Shown here: one piece after another, positions 1 to 9,415 of the stretch
Position numbering within the stretch: position 1 is the stretch's first letter
How the letters are laid out: every line of letters starts with the position of its first letter
Origin: a virus
Lineage: Duplodnaviria; Caudoviricetes
Direction: 5' to 3' (one strand)
Length of the DNA stretch: 31,759 nucleotides
IMG/VR virus record: IMGVR_UViG_3300030047_000088
Span: 1 to 31,759 of that record
The notes under the pieces: generated by a model
The model's input: only the letters and a program-made list of their open reading frames with translations
Databases searched by the model: none
Told to the model about the DNA's origin: nothing
Made by a program: the position numbers and the translations under genes

Positions 1-1341
1 GAATCCTTTTACATCTAGTCTTGTCCTTTTTTTATTTAATTGATTTGTCGGAGTTATATCATCTAATGTTATCGTTTGTGTTCCTGCTATAATATCTTGA
101 CCGTCTCCATAAACTGTTACACTTATCTTATCTGTTCCAGATTGAGGAGGAGAGTCATACCAAATATCTAATCCTTGAAGATTTTTTACTGGAATCCATT
201 GAGAAGCATATGATATTTGATTAAACGTTGTGCTTGTAAAATCATAGAAAAATAAATGAGTGCTCCCATCAATTCCTAGTAAATAACCATTATAAGAGTT
301 TAGGAATTTATAATATACTTGACCTGTTGATAAAACGAATTCTTCTGTTCCAATATCTTTTTTTGCATATATTAGTAAATCGTTTGAATCTAGATTAAGT
401 CCAAGTCTGTTTCCAAAATCAAATAAAGCTCCTTTATCACTTGCTGTGGTTATTTTAGATATTTGTGGATTAATAAGTGGAACAAGTTGAGTTCCTTTTA
501 GATAAAATATTACTGTGTTTGTCTTAGTTACATTACCTATATCAACTGCAACGTATAGAATTCCATCAATAACCCTCATATCTACGAATTTACCTGCCAT
601 CTTCATTGAATAGTTATATCTACTATCAATACCATTCCACAAGAATAAATAGTTACTATTGAAGTTTCCGTTTGCTCCAGCGATTGCTAGATACTTGTCA
701 TTAAAATTCTTTAGTCCTTTAATAGACCATCCTGTTCCCAAATCTATTCCGGGTGTTGGAGTTGAGAAACTTCCATCAATCTTTTCTACCTTAGAGTTTT
801 GGTTTGTTATCATGCAGAAGTTTAAAAAGTTCTCCATGTAGTGAGGGTCAAACGTTCCACTTAGATAACCATTTGCAAAGTTACTCCAAGTTGATGAAGA
901 TAAAGGAACTGGTGCTTTGTAAATCTTGTTTGAAGTTGCTGGATTTGTAATTACTAAAAGTTGTCCATTATAAACTTGGACTCTACCTGTTCCTATTCCA
1001 ACCGTTTCATTTCCTCCACTAGGTTGAGAGAATATCGCTAGGTTTCCTCCGAAAGTAAATACCCCGCCATATATTTTAGATATTGCATCTATCGCATAGA
1101 ATTCATATGTTGAGTCATTACTTGGTGTTATGTCTATTCCATTATTTAAAAATTGTTGTGCAAAAGGTTGCCAAATATTAGATGCAATTAGTGGTGCAAC
1201 TTGTTCTTCTTGTCCACCAACTACATCCAAGTAGTATGTTGGATTAACACCAGATATTAAATAGTGTTGATTTTTGTCTGAATATTGTGGAACATCCGGA
1301 CTCATCTTTAAGAAATTTTCTATTGGTATTTTTTTACTCAT
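1..1341 (-). CDS. Virion structural protein, probable tail hub/DNA-stabilisation (P22 gp10/T7 gp12-like position); runs off the left edge
   Basis: Not in ORF track. Manual translation from ATG 1341 (MSKKIPIENFLKMSPDVPQ...RTRLDVKGF) is open to base 1. Beta-rich composition; lies downstream of the adaptor gene. Confidence 0.6.
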   Translation of the reverse strand, partial: MSKKIPIENFLKMSPDVPQYSDKNQHYLISGVNPTYYLDVVGGQEEQVAPLIASNIWQPFAQQFLNNGIDITPSNDSTYEFYAIDAISKIYGGVFTFGGNLAIFSQPSGGNETVGIGTGRVQVYNGQLLVITNPATSNKIYKAPVPLSSSTWSNFANGYLSGTFDPHYMENFLNFCMITNQNSKVEKIDGSFSTPTPGIDLGTGWSIKGLKNFNDKYLAIAGANGNFNSNYLFLWNGIDSRYNYSMKMAGKFVDMRVIDGILYVAVDIGNVTKTNTVIFYLKGTQLVPLINPQISKITTASDKGALFDFGNRLGLNLDSNDLLIYAKKDIGTEEFVLSTGQVYYKFLNSYNGYLLGIDGSTHLFFYDFTSTTFNQISYASQWIPVKNLQGLDIWYDSPPQSGTDKISVTVYGDGQDIIAGTQTITLDDITPTNQLNKKRTRLDVKGF

Positions 1342-1714
1342 AACCGGGATAACCCATAGCTTCGTATTTCTTCCAATTAATACCAAGCTCTTTAGCTAGT
1401 AATTTTTCAACCTTTTCTGCAAAATGGTGTTCTTTCTTATAGGGTGCTTTTGGATGGTCTCCGGGTTCTCCGGGTAAACCTTCTTCGTTAAACCATATGT
1501 CAAATTTTGAAATTTCCTTTTCGTTAATTCCTCTTTTTTGAGTTAAAAACCATTCTGTAAATTCGTGCATTAATACCAAGAATTCATATTCTGGTGTCCA
1601 GTTAGATACTCTAAATTGCCATATTCCTTTTTCTGGATAATAGTCTCCGCACGTTTCATATCGTTGCTTTTTTGCGGGTATAGTTTTAAATTGTATATTT
1701 GGTAAATGCTTCAT
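1334..1714 (-). CDS. Hypothetical protein with HExxE zincin-like motif
   Basis: 126 aa; LMHEFTEW plus distal EHHFAE; overlaps the next start. Confidence 0.6.
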   Translation of the reverse strand: MKHLPNIQFKTIPAKKQRYETCGDYYPEKGIWQFRVSNWTPEYEFLVLMHEFTEWFLTQKRGINEKEISKFDIWFNEEGLPGEPGDHPKAPYKKEHHFAEKVEKLLAKELGINWKKYEAMGYPGYE

Positions 1715-1715
1715 A

Positions 1716-2489
1716 TTAACTCATTGAATTAAATCCGAAAGGATAAGCCCAACCCCCAACTTCTTCTTGACCTTCTACTACTCCTAATTCTAGTGGCATA
1801 TGTGCTGATGCGTAATCTTTTACTTCTTGAAGTCTTTTTGCGAACATTCCTTGTGCTTGTGCTAATAACTCATCGTTCCCTAGTCTTAGTGCAACATCAA
1901 TTAAAGCTCCCCAAGTTATTGTATCATGAAATGATGGGAATATTCTAGGAGAATCTACGTCATTAATGAGTTTATCTTGTCTCATTATATAATACATTTT
2001 TACACCATTTGTTACTGGATATTTTGTTGCGTCAGTTACTAGCGGTAGAAGTGTAAAGTAAAGTCCAAACAAAAGTGCCTTTGATGATTCGGTTGAGAAC
2101 ATATACTCTGGGTCGCTTATTGAGTCTGGGTCTATTATATCAACTCTTTGATATTCATTTGACTGTGGGTTTGTTATGTCTTGTGGCATAAATGCTACCC
2201 ATATAGATTTTATCTTTTCATAAGCTGGTGCTGTTCCTGTTCCATCTGGGAAAGTGTAAGAACCATCTCCTATTACTAGGTCTGTGGTTGCTTCTCCCAT
2301 GTAGAAGTTCTCGTTCACTGAACGAATAGCATCTTGGCATTGTGCATAGTATTTATTGATTATTCTATTTAAGTCTCCCTCTGAAATAGATGAAGAATTA
2401 CATTTTCCAATAAAATATATGTCTTGCTTTAGTCCCGAAAGTGTTGTAGAGCCAGTATCATTATAAGAAAGTCCTAAGTATTCTGTCAT
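1716..2489 (-). CDS. Putative head-tail adaptor protein
   Basis: 257 aa; LNRIIN..Y N-terminal helix, YTFP, MYY, P.IFPSFHD.I.WGAL pattern of podovirus adaptors; position in the module. Confidence 0.6.
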   Translation of the reverse strand: MTEYLGLSYNDTGSTTLSGLKQDIYFIGKCNSSSISEGDLNRIINKYYAQCQDAIRSVNENFYMGEATTDLVIGDGSYTFPDGTGTAPAYEKIKSIWVAFMPQDITNPQSNEYQRVDIIDPDSISDPEYMFSTESSKALLFGLYFTLLPLVTDATKYPVTNGVKMYYIMRQDKLINDVDSPRIFPSFHDTITWGALIDVALRLGNDELLAQAQGMFAKRLQEVKDYASAHMPLELGVVEGQEEVGGWAYPFGFNSMS

Positions 2490-2523
2490 ATTGTTTATAT
2501 TATAGCACGTTTATAAAATTCGT

Positions 2524-3180
2524 CTAGTTTCCTAATTTGCTTATTGTTAATGTTACGTGGTCTATTATTAGATTTGTTGCACCTGTATGGTTTGCTACAC
2601 ATAAACTAATAAGGTCTCCTACACTTAGAAAAATTATTCCAGAACCGGAAATAGATGTAGGCTTCCCAGAGTTTATTATTTCAGAGTGGTTAGCCATAAA
2701 ACTTTGTCCAGTTCCATTCAACATAACTGAACCCTCACATTCTTGGTTATTACTTGCAGAATGAACAGACATAGACCAAACAACCCTATAAGTTCCTTCA
2801 ACTCCGCATAATAATTCTCTCGCATTTTGGAAAGTAAAACCTACACATAAACCACCAGATAAACCAGTCCCTATTTGATAGAAAGTATTTGATGCAGATA
2901 CAGTTATTGTTATGGTTGCATTGTAAGCATACATATCTCCATAAACACCCATGAAAAGATTTGTTTGTTCGTTTATTAGGTCGATTGTGTCTTGACTTAG
3001 TGGAAATAATAGTTGACCCTCATTTGTTTGAAGTTCGTCAACATTATTATTTATATCATCAATACTACCATTGATATCTTCTAAATTATTATCTAGATTA
3101 TCAGAAAAGTCCTGTAATGAAGAATCATTATCATCAAGTCTTGAATTTATATCATCTATTTGTTGTTGAATATCGTCCAT
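2524..3180 (-). CDS. Putative fibre/spike protein: acidic coiled coil plus C1q/BclA-like beta domain
   Basis: D/N-rich heptads at the N-terminus; C-terminal GTYRVVWSMS...SGSGIIFLSVGDLISL resembles C1q/TNF-like domains. Confidence 0.5.
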   Translation of the reverse strand: MDDIQQQIDDINSRLDDNDSSLQDFSDNLDNNLEDINGSIDDINNNVDELQTNEGQLLFPLSQDTIDLINEQTNLFMGVYGDMYAYNATITITVSASNTFYQIGTGLSGGLCVGFTFQNARELLCGVEGTYRVVWSMSVHSASNNQECEGSVMLNGTGQSFMANHSEIINSGKPTSISGSGIIFLSVGDLISLCVANHTGATNLIIDHVTLTISKLGN

Positions 3181-3181
3181 T

Positions 3182-4744
3182 TTATTGTCCGCTTATTTTA
3201 CTTTTCCAATTAGTTACCGCCTTCGTTATACCATTCCAAGAAGTAGGGGTAATTGGTTTGTTAATAATGTTCCAAATCGTGTGAATTGCACTATTTATTC
3301 CTTTTAATATTGCAAATCTTCCCACTGCGTTCATAATTGAATCACTTATTTTTCTACTAAATGTTCCGAGTCTAGATAGAGTTGCAAATCTTGAAGCACC
3401 GTTCATTATTGAATCAGAAAGATTTTTCATATGCGTAACTAATTTTGTTAAGACAACAAATCTAGAAACACTATTCATTATGGAATCAGATAAACTTCTC
3501 ATATAATTTGCTAGTCTATTTAAGGTTACAAACCTACCTACGGAATTAGATATTGAGTCAGATAAACTTCTAAAATAATTCTCCATTCTTGAAAGAGTAG
3601 TGAACCTAGAAGCTCTATTCATTATATTATCAGTTAAATTTCTTATATATCCCAAAAACCTACCAAGAGTTACAAATCTACTTGCATTATTCATCATAGA
3701 AACTATAAGTGTTCTAGCCATAGTAGCCAATCTATTTAGTGTAGTAAATCTACTTGCACTATTCATTATTGAGTCAGAAAGTGCTCTTGATGCTCCTTTA
3801 GTGAGTGTTGCTAATCTTCCTGCTCCATTCATCATAGAAACGGTAGGTTTACGAGACATAGTGGCTAGTCTAGTTAGTATAGCTAATCTTCCAGAATTAT
3901 TCATCATGGAAACGGTTACAGTTCTTAGAGAGTTAAGTATTCTTGTAAGTCCCACAGTTCTACTTGCTCCATAAGATATTGAGTCAGAAAGTGAACGAGT
4001 ATAATTATTTACATTAGTTACAAGTGTTAAGTTTCCACTAACTATAAATTTAGCAATACTCTGTCCTGCAACTGTTGAAGTATCTAAAGTATTTCCTGCA
4101 CCTGTAATTGTTGGTGTTCCAAAATCGGATGTTGTCCAACGAATAATTACGATACCATTTGCTCCATTTGAACCATTCGTTCCAAATCCATTTCCTCCTA
4201 TTCCTCCTTGACCAATAGCACCAGCTCCCGAAGTTCCATTTCCTCCATTACCACCTCCAGCACCGCCTCCTGCATAAGTTACTGCTGAACCTGTAATTGA
4301 ATTTGATGTTCCTGCTCCACCATTACCTCCCACAGAAGTTCCGGGAGTTGTTCCACTTGCAGAAGCACCTCCTCCTCCTCCCCCACTAACATTAGCTCCT
4401 CCCTCTGCTCCACCATTTCCACCTTGTGAACCTGTTCCAAATCCAAAACCATGCCCCGCACCTCCTCCACATCCTCCATTTTGTCCAGCACTTCCTCCAC
4501 CTCCACCTCCCCCCCCTCCACCTGTAGCGGTAATTGTAGAAAAGACACTATTATTTCCATTAGAACCACCATAAGTATTTATACCACCACCTGTTCCAAC
4601 TACTACAGAATAAACTTGCGGGGTTAGAGTGAAAGAAGCATTATATTGGTATCCTCCAGCTCCTCCACCTCCTGAACCTCCTCCACCATTGGAAGAACCT
4701 CCTGCTCCACCACCACCTATTGCTAATACTTGTCCTGTTGCCAT
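3182..4744 (-). CDS. Glycine-rich tail/fibre protein with ten C-terminal ~24-aa repeats
   Basis: GGGAGG...GSNGANGIVIIRW glycine-rich domain (aa 1-205), then RSLSDSIMNxASRFxTLxRL repeats. Confidence 0.7.
   Translation of the reverse strand: MATGQVLAIGGGGAGGSSNGGGGSGGGGAGGYQYNASFTLTPQVYSVVVGTGGGINTYGGSNGNNSVFSTITATGGGGGGGGGGSAGQNGGCGGGAGHGFGFGTGSQGGNGGAEGGANVSGGGGGGASASGTTPGTSVGGNGGAGTSNSITGSAVTYAGGGAGGGNGGNGTSGAGAIGQGGIGGNGFGTNGSNGANGIVIIRWTTSDFGTPTITGAGNTLDTSTVAGQSIAKFIVSGNLTLVTNVNNYTRSLSDSISYGASRTVGLTRILNSLRTVTVSMMNNSGRLAILTRLATMSRKPTVSMMNGAGRLATLTKGASRALSDSIMNSASRFTTLNRLATMARTLIVSMMNNASRFVTLGRFLGYIRNLTDNIMNRASRFTTLSRMENYFRSLSDSISNSVGRFVTLNRLANYMRSLSDSIMNSVSRFVVLTKLVTHMKNLSDSIMNGASRFATLSRLGTFSRKISDSIMNAVGRFAILKGINSAIHTIWNIINKPITPTSWNGITKAVTNWKSKISGQ
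3285..3997 (-). repeat. Degenerate ~72-nt coding tandem repeat, 10 units
   Basis: Visible in the translation and as recurring TTCAT(T/C)AT...GA(G/A)TCAGA on the + strand. Confidence 0.85.
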
Positions 4745-4776
4745 AAATTACTTATTTCCTTAATAAATTTAATTTC

Positions 4777-4810
4777 CTAGTCCTGCCCTCCTGTAAAGGG
4801 CAGAGTAGAC
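4777..4810 (-). other. Intergenic GC-rich hairpin (processing, stability or terminator element)
   Basis: Minus strand CTGCCCTT-TACAG-GAGGGCAG; no U-tract follows. Confidence 0.55.
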
Positions 4811-4812
4811 AA

Positions 4813-5196
4813 TTAAAGGTTTTTAAATTGATTACCAAACTCTTTCTTTTCTATTCTTTTTATTTGGTTACAATTTGAACATAGAATTTGATATTCGGAA
4901 TCATATTTACCAGAAAGTATTTTCTTATAAATTAGATACCAACTTATCTTTTTTCTTTCTATGTTTCCTCCTCCATTAACGTGGTCTATTTGGAGTGCTC
5001 TAAGGTCTGTGAAACCACATTTAACACATTTATTTCCTAAATATGCCATAACTGCAAGTCTTAATTTTTTACTATTAAAACTGGCATTTTTATGATTACA
5101 CTTTTTACACCACGGGGTAAGTCCATTTTTCCCAAGTTTATTTTTGTAGAAATTTTCTTCCCCTAATGATTTTTTACACTTAGAACAAGTTTTCAT
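4813..5196 (-). CDS. HNH endonuclease (free-standing, homing type)
   Basis: CSKC...CKKC zinc finger, CVKCG, LQIDHVNGGG, ILCSNCN; likely start ATG 5196. Confidence 0.85.
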   Translation of the reverse strand: MKTCSKCKKSLGEENFYKNKLGKNGLTPWCKKCNHKNASFNSKKLRLAVMAYLGNKCVKCGFTDLRALQIDHVNGGGNIERKKISWYLIYKKILSGKYDSEYQILCSNCNQIKRIEKKEFGNQFKNL

Positions 5197-5198
5197 AA

Positions 5199-5786
5199 TC
5201 AGAGATTTACAGTCCATGTAATCGCTAGAGTATCTGAAACTGCCATAATAGCATTTGAAGATAGGTTTGCTTCAACGAATAGATTTCCGGTTGATATTGC
5301 ATCAAATAAACCTGCTCCGTAAATAGTTACTGCACCTCCAGATGAGTTAGTGAAGGTTTTTGTAACTGTATATGAACAAGCTCCATCGAGAACTGATGGG
5401 GTAACATATCCTCCTTGAACTCCTAAAGCTCTAGTCAAACCAGTAGCAACACATTCATGAGAAAGTGTAGTATCACCGTTTGCTGGAGTTAGTGCTCCTG
5501 TGTCTTGAAGTGCAATATACTTTGGAGGTAATGGAGAAGTAATTGAGTTTTGGGATGCACCTGTAATGAGAGAAGCGATTAAGTCTCCTCCTTTTGCTAC
5601 ACGTGAGTTATAAGCAAAACCAATGAACTTCGTCTTACCTGTAAGAGCAGAGGTGTGGTATGCACCAACACGATTGAATCCTTTTAGTTTCAAGTAGTAA
5701 CCTATTTTTGCACCAATCTTGGTGTGGAGAAAACTTTTTAGGGCGTTCCCATATTTACTAAATTGAAATGGTATTTTTTTATTCAT
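5199..5786 (-). CDS. Tail structural protein (fibre/collar-like)
   Basis: YIAL..G..TP...DTTL..E, TKTF, AGLFDA..GNLF, DTLAITWTV pattern common in phage tail proteins. Confidence 0.6.
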   Translation of the reverse strand: MNKKIPFQFSKYGNALKSFLHTKIGAKIGYYLKLKGFNRVGAYHTSALTGKTKFIGFAYNSRVAKGGDLIASLITGASQNSITSPLPPKYIALQDTGALTPANGDTTLSHECVATGLTRALGVQGGYVTPSVLDGACSYTVTKTFTNSSGGAVTIYGAGLFDAISTGNLFVEANLSSNAIMAVSDTLAITWTVNL

Positions 5787-5860
5787 TTTTAATTTAATTA
5801 ATTATTAATAGGTGTAGTAAACACCTTTCTAGATACTATTTCTAATATCTAGTGAGGTAA

Positions 5861-6127
5861 TTAATACCCCTTTGCTTTTTGAACTGATTTTTGAACCTGT
5901 GCGTAAGTTGGCAATCTACTTTTCATAGTTTTAACTGCTGACTTAACTTTAGACATTGGTTTAGATGGTTTAGCTGGATTATCCCCATACTTTTTATTGT
6001 ATGCTGGATTATTATAAGCCTTACTATCCATACCCGGCATTGAAGAAGCCTTGCTTTTTAATGGCATAGGTGCTATTTTACTCAATCCTTTAGCAAGTTT
6101 AGTTTGTTGTTGTTGTTGTCCTGTCAT
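5861..6127 (-). CDS. Small basic low-complexity protein
   Basis: 88 aa, K/P/S/M-rich, in the structural operon. Confidence 0.6.
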   Translation of the reverse strand: MTGQQQQQTKLAKGLSKIAPMPLKSKASSMPGMDSKAYNNPAYNKKYGDNPAKPSKPMSKVKSAVKTMKSRLPTYAQVQKSVQKAKGY

Positions 6128-6128
6128 T

Positions 6129-6575
6129 TTAATATCCGTATAGTTGCTTTCGCAAATCTAATAAGTGTTGTTGAAATGAAGATTTGCAGAATAAGAATTC
6201 TCGTTGTGGTAATAGTCCGTAGTCTTTGGTAAATCCTTTCTTATTTGCGTTTTCATTTGGGTCTGCTAGGAACAATGCTTCTTTTTGAAAATCATTCTTC
6301 ATTCTAACAGAAATATTTTTATCAGTTAATTTCTTAACTGTTTCCCAATATTCTTCTTGGATTCTTAAAAGGTCTTCTGCAATACTCTTTGGAACTTTTA
6401 TGTGTCCAATGAATATCTTTCCGTTTACACGAATACCTCCTTTTCCAACCATTTCTGGGTCAATAAAGATATTCTCTAGTTCTTCCTCTACAACTTTCTT
6501 TGTTATTTCTGGAGCTACAGAAGCAGGAACTTTAGTGTCTACTTTTACTGGTTTTGGTGTTGAAGTTTTAGGCAT
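6129..6575 (-). CDS. Hypothetical protein
   Basis: 148 aa, tightly packed in the operon. Confidence 0.7.
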   Translation of the reverse strand: MPKTSTPKPVKVDTKVPASVAPEITKKVVEEELENIFIDPEMVGKGGIRVNGKIFIGHIKVPKSIAEDLLRIQEEYWETVKKLTDKNISVRMKNDFQKEALFLADPNENANKKGFTKDYGLLPQREFLFCKSSFQQHLLDLRKQLYGY

Positions 6576-6576
6576 A

Positions 6577-6915
6577 TTAGTTTTTGGTTAGTTTGTCTGA
6601 TAATTTTTCTGCCTTTTTAAGAGTGTCTGTAGCATCTTTCTTTGCATCCATTTCATCTTTCAAAGCCTTATCTCTTTTCTTAATTTCTACTGTTCGTCTT
6701 TCTGATAGATTTGCTGAAACTTCCATTTCACTAATCTCTCTTTCACTACAAGCTAGAAATGCTTTAGCGATTGCAGTATCAATCTGTTTAATTCCAGAAT
6801 TAATTTCATCTGGAGTTAATTCAGTTTTATCAGAATGAATTACAGCACTAAAACTAAACTGTTCTGAACCAAAATTTCTTAATGTGCTAAACTTGAACTC
6901 ATTTTTGTCTGTCAT
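6577..6915 (-). CDS. Hypothetical protein
   Basis: 112 aa, first gene after the major capsid. Confidence 0.7.
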   Translation of the reverse strand: MTDKNEFKFSTLRNFGSEQFSFSAVIHSDKTELTPDEINSGIKQIDTAIAKAFLACSEREISEMEVSANLSERRTVEIKKRDKALKDEMDAKKDATDTLKKAEKLSDKLTKN

Positions 6916-6929
6916 AATTTTATACTTTT

Positions 6930-6951
6930 ACTGCCTATTGTTATAGTCAGT
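6930..6951 (-). promoter_or_regulatory. Conserved leader hairpin, copy 1
   Basis: ACTG-A-CTAT-AACA-ATAG-G-CAGT, 14 nt before ATG 6915; second copy at 9359-9378. Confidence 0.65.
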
Positions 6952-6967
6952 GTTATTATTAATTTTT

Positions 6968-7019
6968 TCTTCTGGGCTCTATTGGTGGGACATTTAATCC
7001 CACCGTAGAACCTAGAAGA
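6968..7019 (-). terminator. Long hairpin after the major capsid gene (terminator or processing site)
   Basis: TCTTCTAGGTTCTA-C-GGTGGGA...TCCCACC-AA-TAGAGCCCAGAAGA. Confidence 0.6.
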
Positions 7020-7038
7020 TATTTAATTTTCCCTAAAG

Positions 7039-8010
7039 TTAGGCAGTTGCCCCACTTAGAGTAGCTGAAACTTCTAGACGAACCAATCGGTTGTTGTCAA
7101 GAATAGCTGATGTTCCTTCCCACTTCCATCCAACGGTTGAACGTTGTTCTAATGGGTCAGATGTGTCTTGAACTCCACCTGTGTGGATGTAAGTCTTTAG
7201 ACCTCCAGAGAATTCTGAAACTGCGTATGCTCCCTTACCATATGCCAAACATCCGTAGATAGCTTGTGCTGATGCACCTGCTCCTGCGTAAACTGGAGAC
7301 ATAGTTGTGGAAATAATACGAACACCTTGCCAGTAACCAAGTTCACCTGTGAATAAATCACCTCTCTTTGGGTTAGAAGGAGTAGGAGATGAGTAGTTAA
7401 CTGCTGAAATGAATGAATTGTCGTTTCTCCAATCCATAGCTACGTCTGGGTGGATAACCAATGCGTAAGCATCAGAAATCATACCGGACATAGATGAGAA
7501 CTTTTCTACGTTGTTTCTTTCTAGGAAACGAACTGCTCTAGTAACTAGAGTAGCTGTAAGTTTCATAGCGGTTGTAACGGTTACTCTTGAAGCAACTGTT
7601 CCATCTCCGTAAACTACGTTTGTTCCAGAACCTACTACGTTCATGATTGTGGTATCAATAGTTTCTGAAGATTGAATACCAAGAACATCGGAAGCATCCT
7701 TAATAGCTGAACGGTCATAAAGGAATTCTGCTACGTCTGTAATAACAGTAAAGTCTCCGTATTGAGAAAGAACTGCGTTAACTTGATTCATTGTCAAGTT
7801 TTGTCCTGCTGGAGTGATACCTTCATTTAAAGGTGTCAAGGCAAGAGATAAACGGTTGAAACCTCTGAATATTACGGTTTTACTATTTGAACCTTTTGTA
7901 ACAGGGTGAACTTTTGCGGTTTTATACCACATAAGTTTTTGTTTCAAAATGTCAATAAGTTCTTTCGTAACAATCTTTTGTCCAACGTCTATTGCTGAAA
8001 ATAATGTCAT
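7039..8010 (-). CDS. Major capsid protein, N4-gp56 family
   Basis: TPLNEGITP, LSQYGDF..ITD, VIHPDVA.D, GELG...GVRI, SDPLEQRSTVGWK. Confidence 0.93.
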   Translation of the reverse strand: MTLFSAIDVGQKIVTKELIDILKQKLMWYKTAKVHPVTKGSNSKTVIFRGFNRLSLALTPLNEGITPAGQNLTMNQVNAVLSQYGDFTVITDVAEFLYDRSAIKDASDVLGIQSSETIDTTIMNVVGSGTNVVYGDGTVASRVTVTTAMKLTATLVTRAVRFLERNNVEKFSSMSGMISDAYALVIHPDVAMDWRNDNSFISAVNYSSPTPSNPKRGDLFTGELGYWQGVRIISTTMSPVYAGAGASAQAIYGCLAYGKGAYAVSEFSGGLKTYIHTGGVQDTSDPLEQRSTVGWKWEGTSAILDNNRLVRLEVSATLSGATA

Positions 8011-8050
8011 GTTGTTAATTTGTTGTTAATTGAATAATACTTCGTTAGGT

Positions 8051-8626
8051 TTATTTACCTTCTTGTCCGAAGTTGTTTGTGAATACAGTTGTAACGTTGG
8101 TTGCATCTAGAGCTGTTGTTCCGGGAACAAATGCTACTGCACCTTCGTTTTTAATGTATAAGTAACCTACTTCAACTGATGTTGCAAGAGGAGTGTGGGC
8201 GATGTCTGATTCTTGTGATTGTCTGTGTTTTGGGAATGGAGCACCTGCTAACCAATAAAGGCTAACTGTTCCTGCTTCTGTTTCAACTGAATTAGCACAT
8301 AGGGTAAAAATTTGGCATGAATTTGTAGAAGCTGGTTGTGAACCATTATCAAATGCTAGACTTGAAACTACTGTAAGTGGAGAACCACCATAAGTAAGTT
8401 GGTTACCAGTAACTACTGGCAAAGAACCTGCACCTACGTTACCAACGATAGGTTGCATTAATCCTGCTAGTGCAAGAGATGGGGCATCTTGTGCTGTAAC
8501 ATACATACTTCGAGTATTTACTTTGAAGAAAGCGGTTGTTGCAATCTTTGCGAGTGCAGAACCTCCAGCTTTGATAGCAAATCCGGGAGTTGTAGTCATA
8601 TTATTTGATGCGGTTGTGTCTGTCAT
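8051..8626 (-). CDS. Putative capsid decoration/minor head protein
   Basis: A/T/G-rich; FVPGTTALDA motif; between scaffold and major capsid. Confidence 0.5.
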   Translation of the reverse strand: MTDTTASNNMTTTPGFAIKAGGSALAKIATTAFFKVNTRSMYVTAQDAPSLALAGLMQPIVGNVGAGSLPVVTGNQLTYGGSPLTVVSSLAFDNGSQPASTNSCQIFTLCANSVETEAGTVSLYWLAGAPFPKHRQSQESDIAHTPLATSVEVGYLYIKNEGAVAFVPGTTALDATNVTTVFTNNFGQEGK

Positions 8627-8652
8627 AATACTTTTTTAATTTAGTGAATAAT

Positions 8653-9345
8653 TTAATCCTTAGTTTTATCTAGAGCATCATATAGCCCTTCTAAATCTAA
8701 TCCGTCAAGGTCTGGTTTACCAGCTCTATTGGGAGCTGATTCCTTAGTCTCAACTTTCTTAATTCTATTCAAGGTAAGGTCTGTAACAGTTTTATTAATC
8801 AATGCTCCTAAATCTTGGTTTGGGTTTCGTAAGAAAGTCTTTTTAAGTTCTTCCTTACAATCTTTCATTCCATCAATTTTTTCGTATTGATTAAAGATTG
8901 TTTCAAATTTCGCTTTGTTATTAGCTTCCTCTACGGGTGCTAGTGTTGTAGAAGTTTCCTTCCTTAGAACCTTTGCAAAAGTTTCCAATAACTTACGAGA
9001 ATCCTTATCTTCAACTGCATTAAGAAATTCGTCAACGTTTTCGAATTCGTGGGGTTTGTTTTCGGGGGATATTTCCTTTTCCTCCTTAACTTCGGGAACT
9101 TCCTCTATTTCTTTTTTGGAAATTTCCTTTACTTGCTCCGCTAAATCTCTAATACGCTTCTGTGCTCTAGGACTAAGTTTTGAAATTTCTTCCTCACTTA
9201 GTTCTGGCTCATCTTTGGTTTCTTTTTCAGATATTCCTTCATCTGTAGGTTTTTGGTCGGACGCTACCGAAGTTTCCTCTGCTTCTGACTTTTCGAGTTC
9301 TTTGTTAAGTTCCTCATACAAGTCTACGTCATTATTTTCTGTCAT
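8653..9345 (-). CDS. Capsid scaffolding protein
   Basis: Acidic N-terminus, AQKRIRDL coiled coil, position between portal and capsid. Confidence 0.7.
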   Translation of the reverse strand: MTENNDVDLYEELNKELEKSEAEETSVASDQKPTDEGISEKETKDEPELSEEEISKLSPRAQKRIRDLAEQVKEISKKEIEEVPEVKEEKEISPENKPHEFENVDEFLNAVEDKDSRKLLETFAKVLRKETSTTLAPVEEANNKAKFETIFNQYEKIDGMKDCKEELKKTFLRNPNQDLGALINKTVTDLTLNRIKKVETKESAPNRAGKPDLDGLDLEGLYDALDKTKD

Positions 9346-9358
9346 AGTTTTTGTGTTT

Positions 9359-9378
9359 GAGCCTATTGTTATAGTCTC
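9359..9378 (-). promoter_or_regulatory. Conserved leader hairpin, copy 2
   Basis: GAG-A-CTAT-AACA-ATAG-G-CTC, 13 nt before ATG 9345. Confidence 0.65.
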
Positions 9379-9415
9379 GTTAATTAATAAACTATTCTAT
9401 TCCGTTTTTATTACC

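Noticed and set aside
3285-3997. CRISPR array or DGR repeat pair
   Set aside because: Repeats are degenerate, in frame and lack spacers; no cas or reverse transcriptase gene in the window.
4745-5199. Group I intron around the HNH
   Set aside because: Flanking genes have their own stop and start; no intron core recognised.
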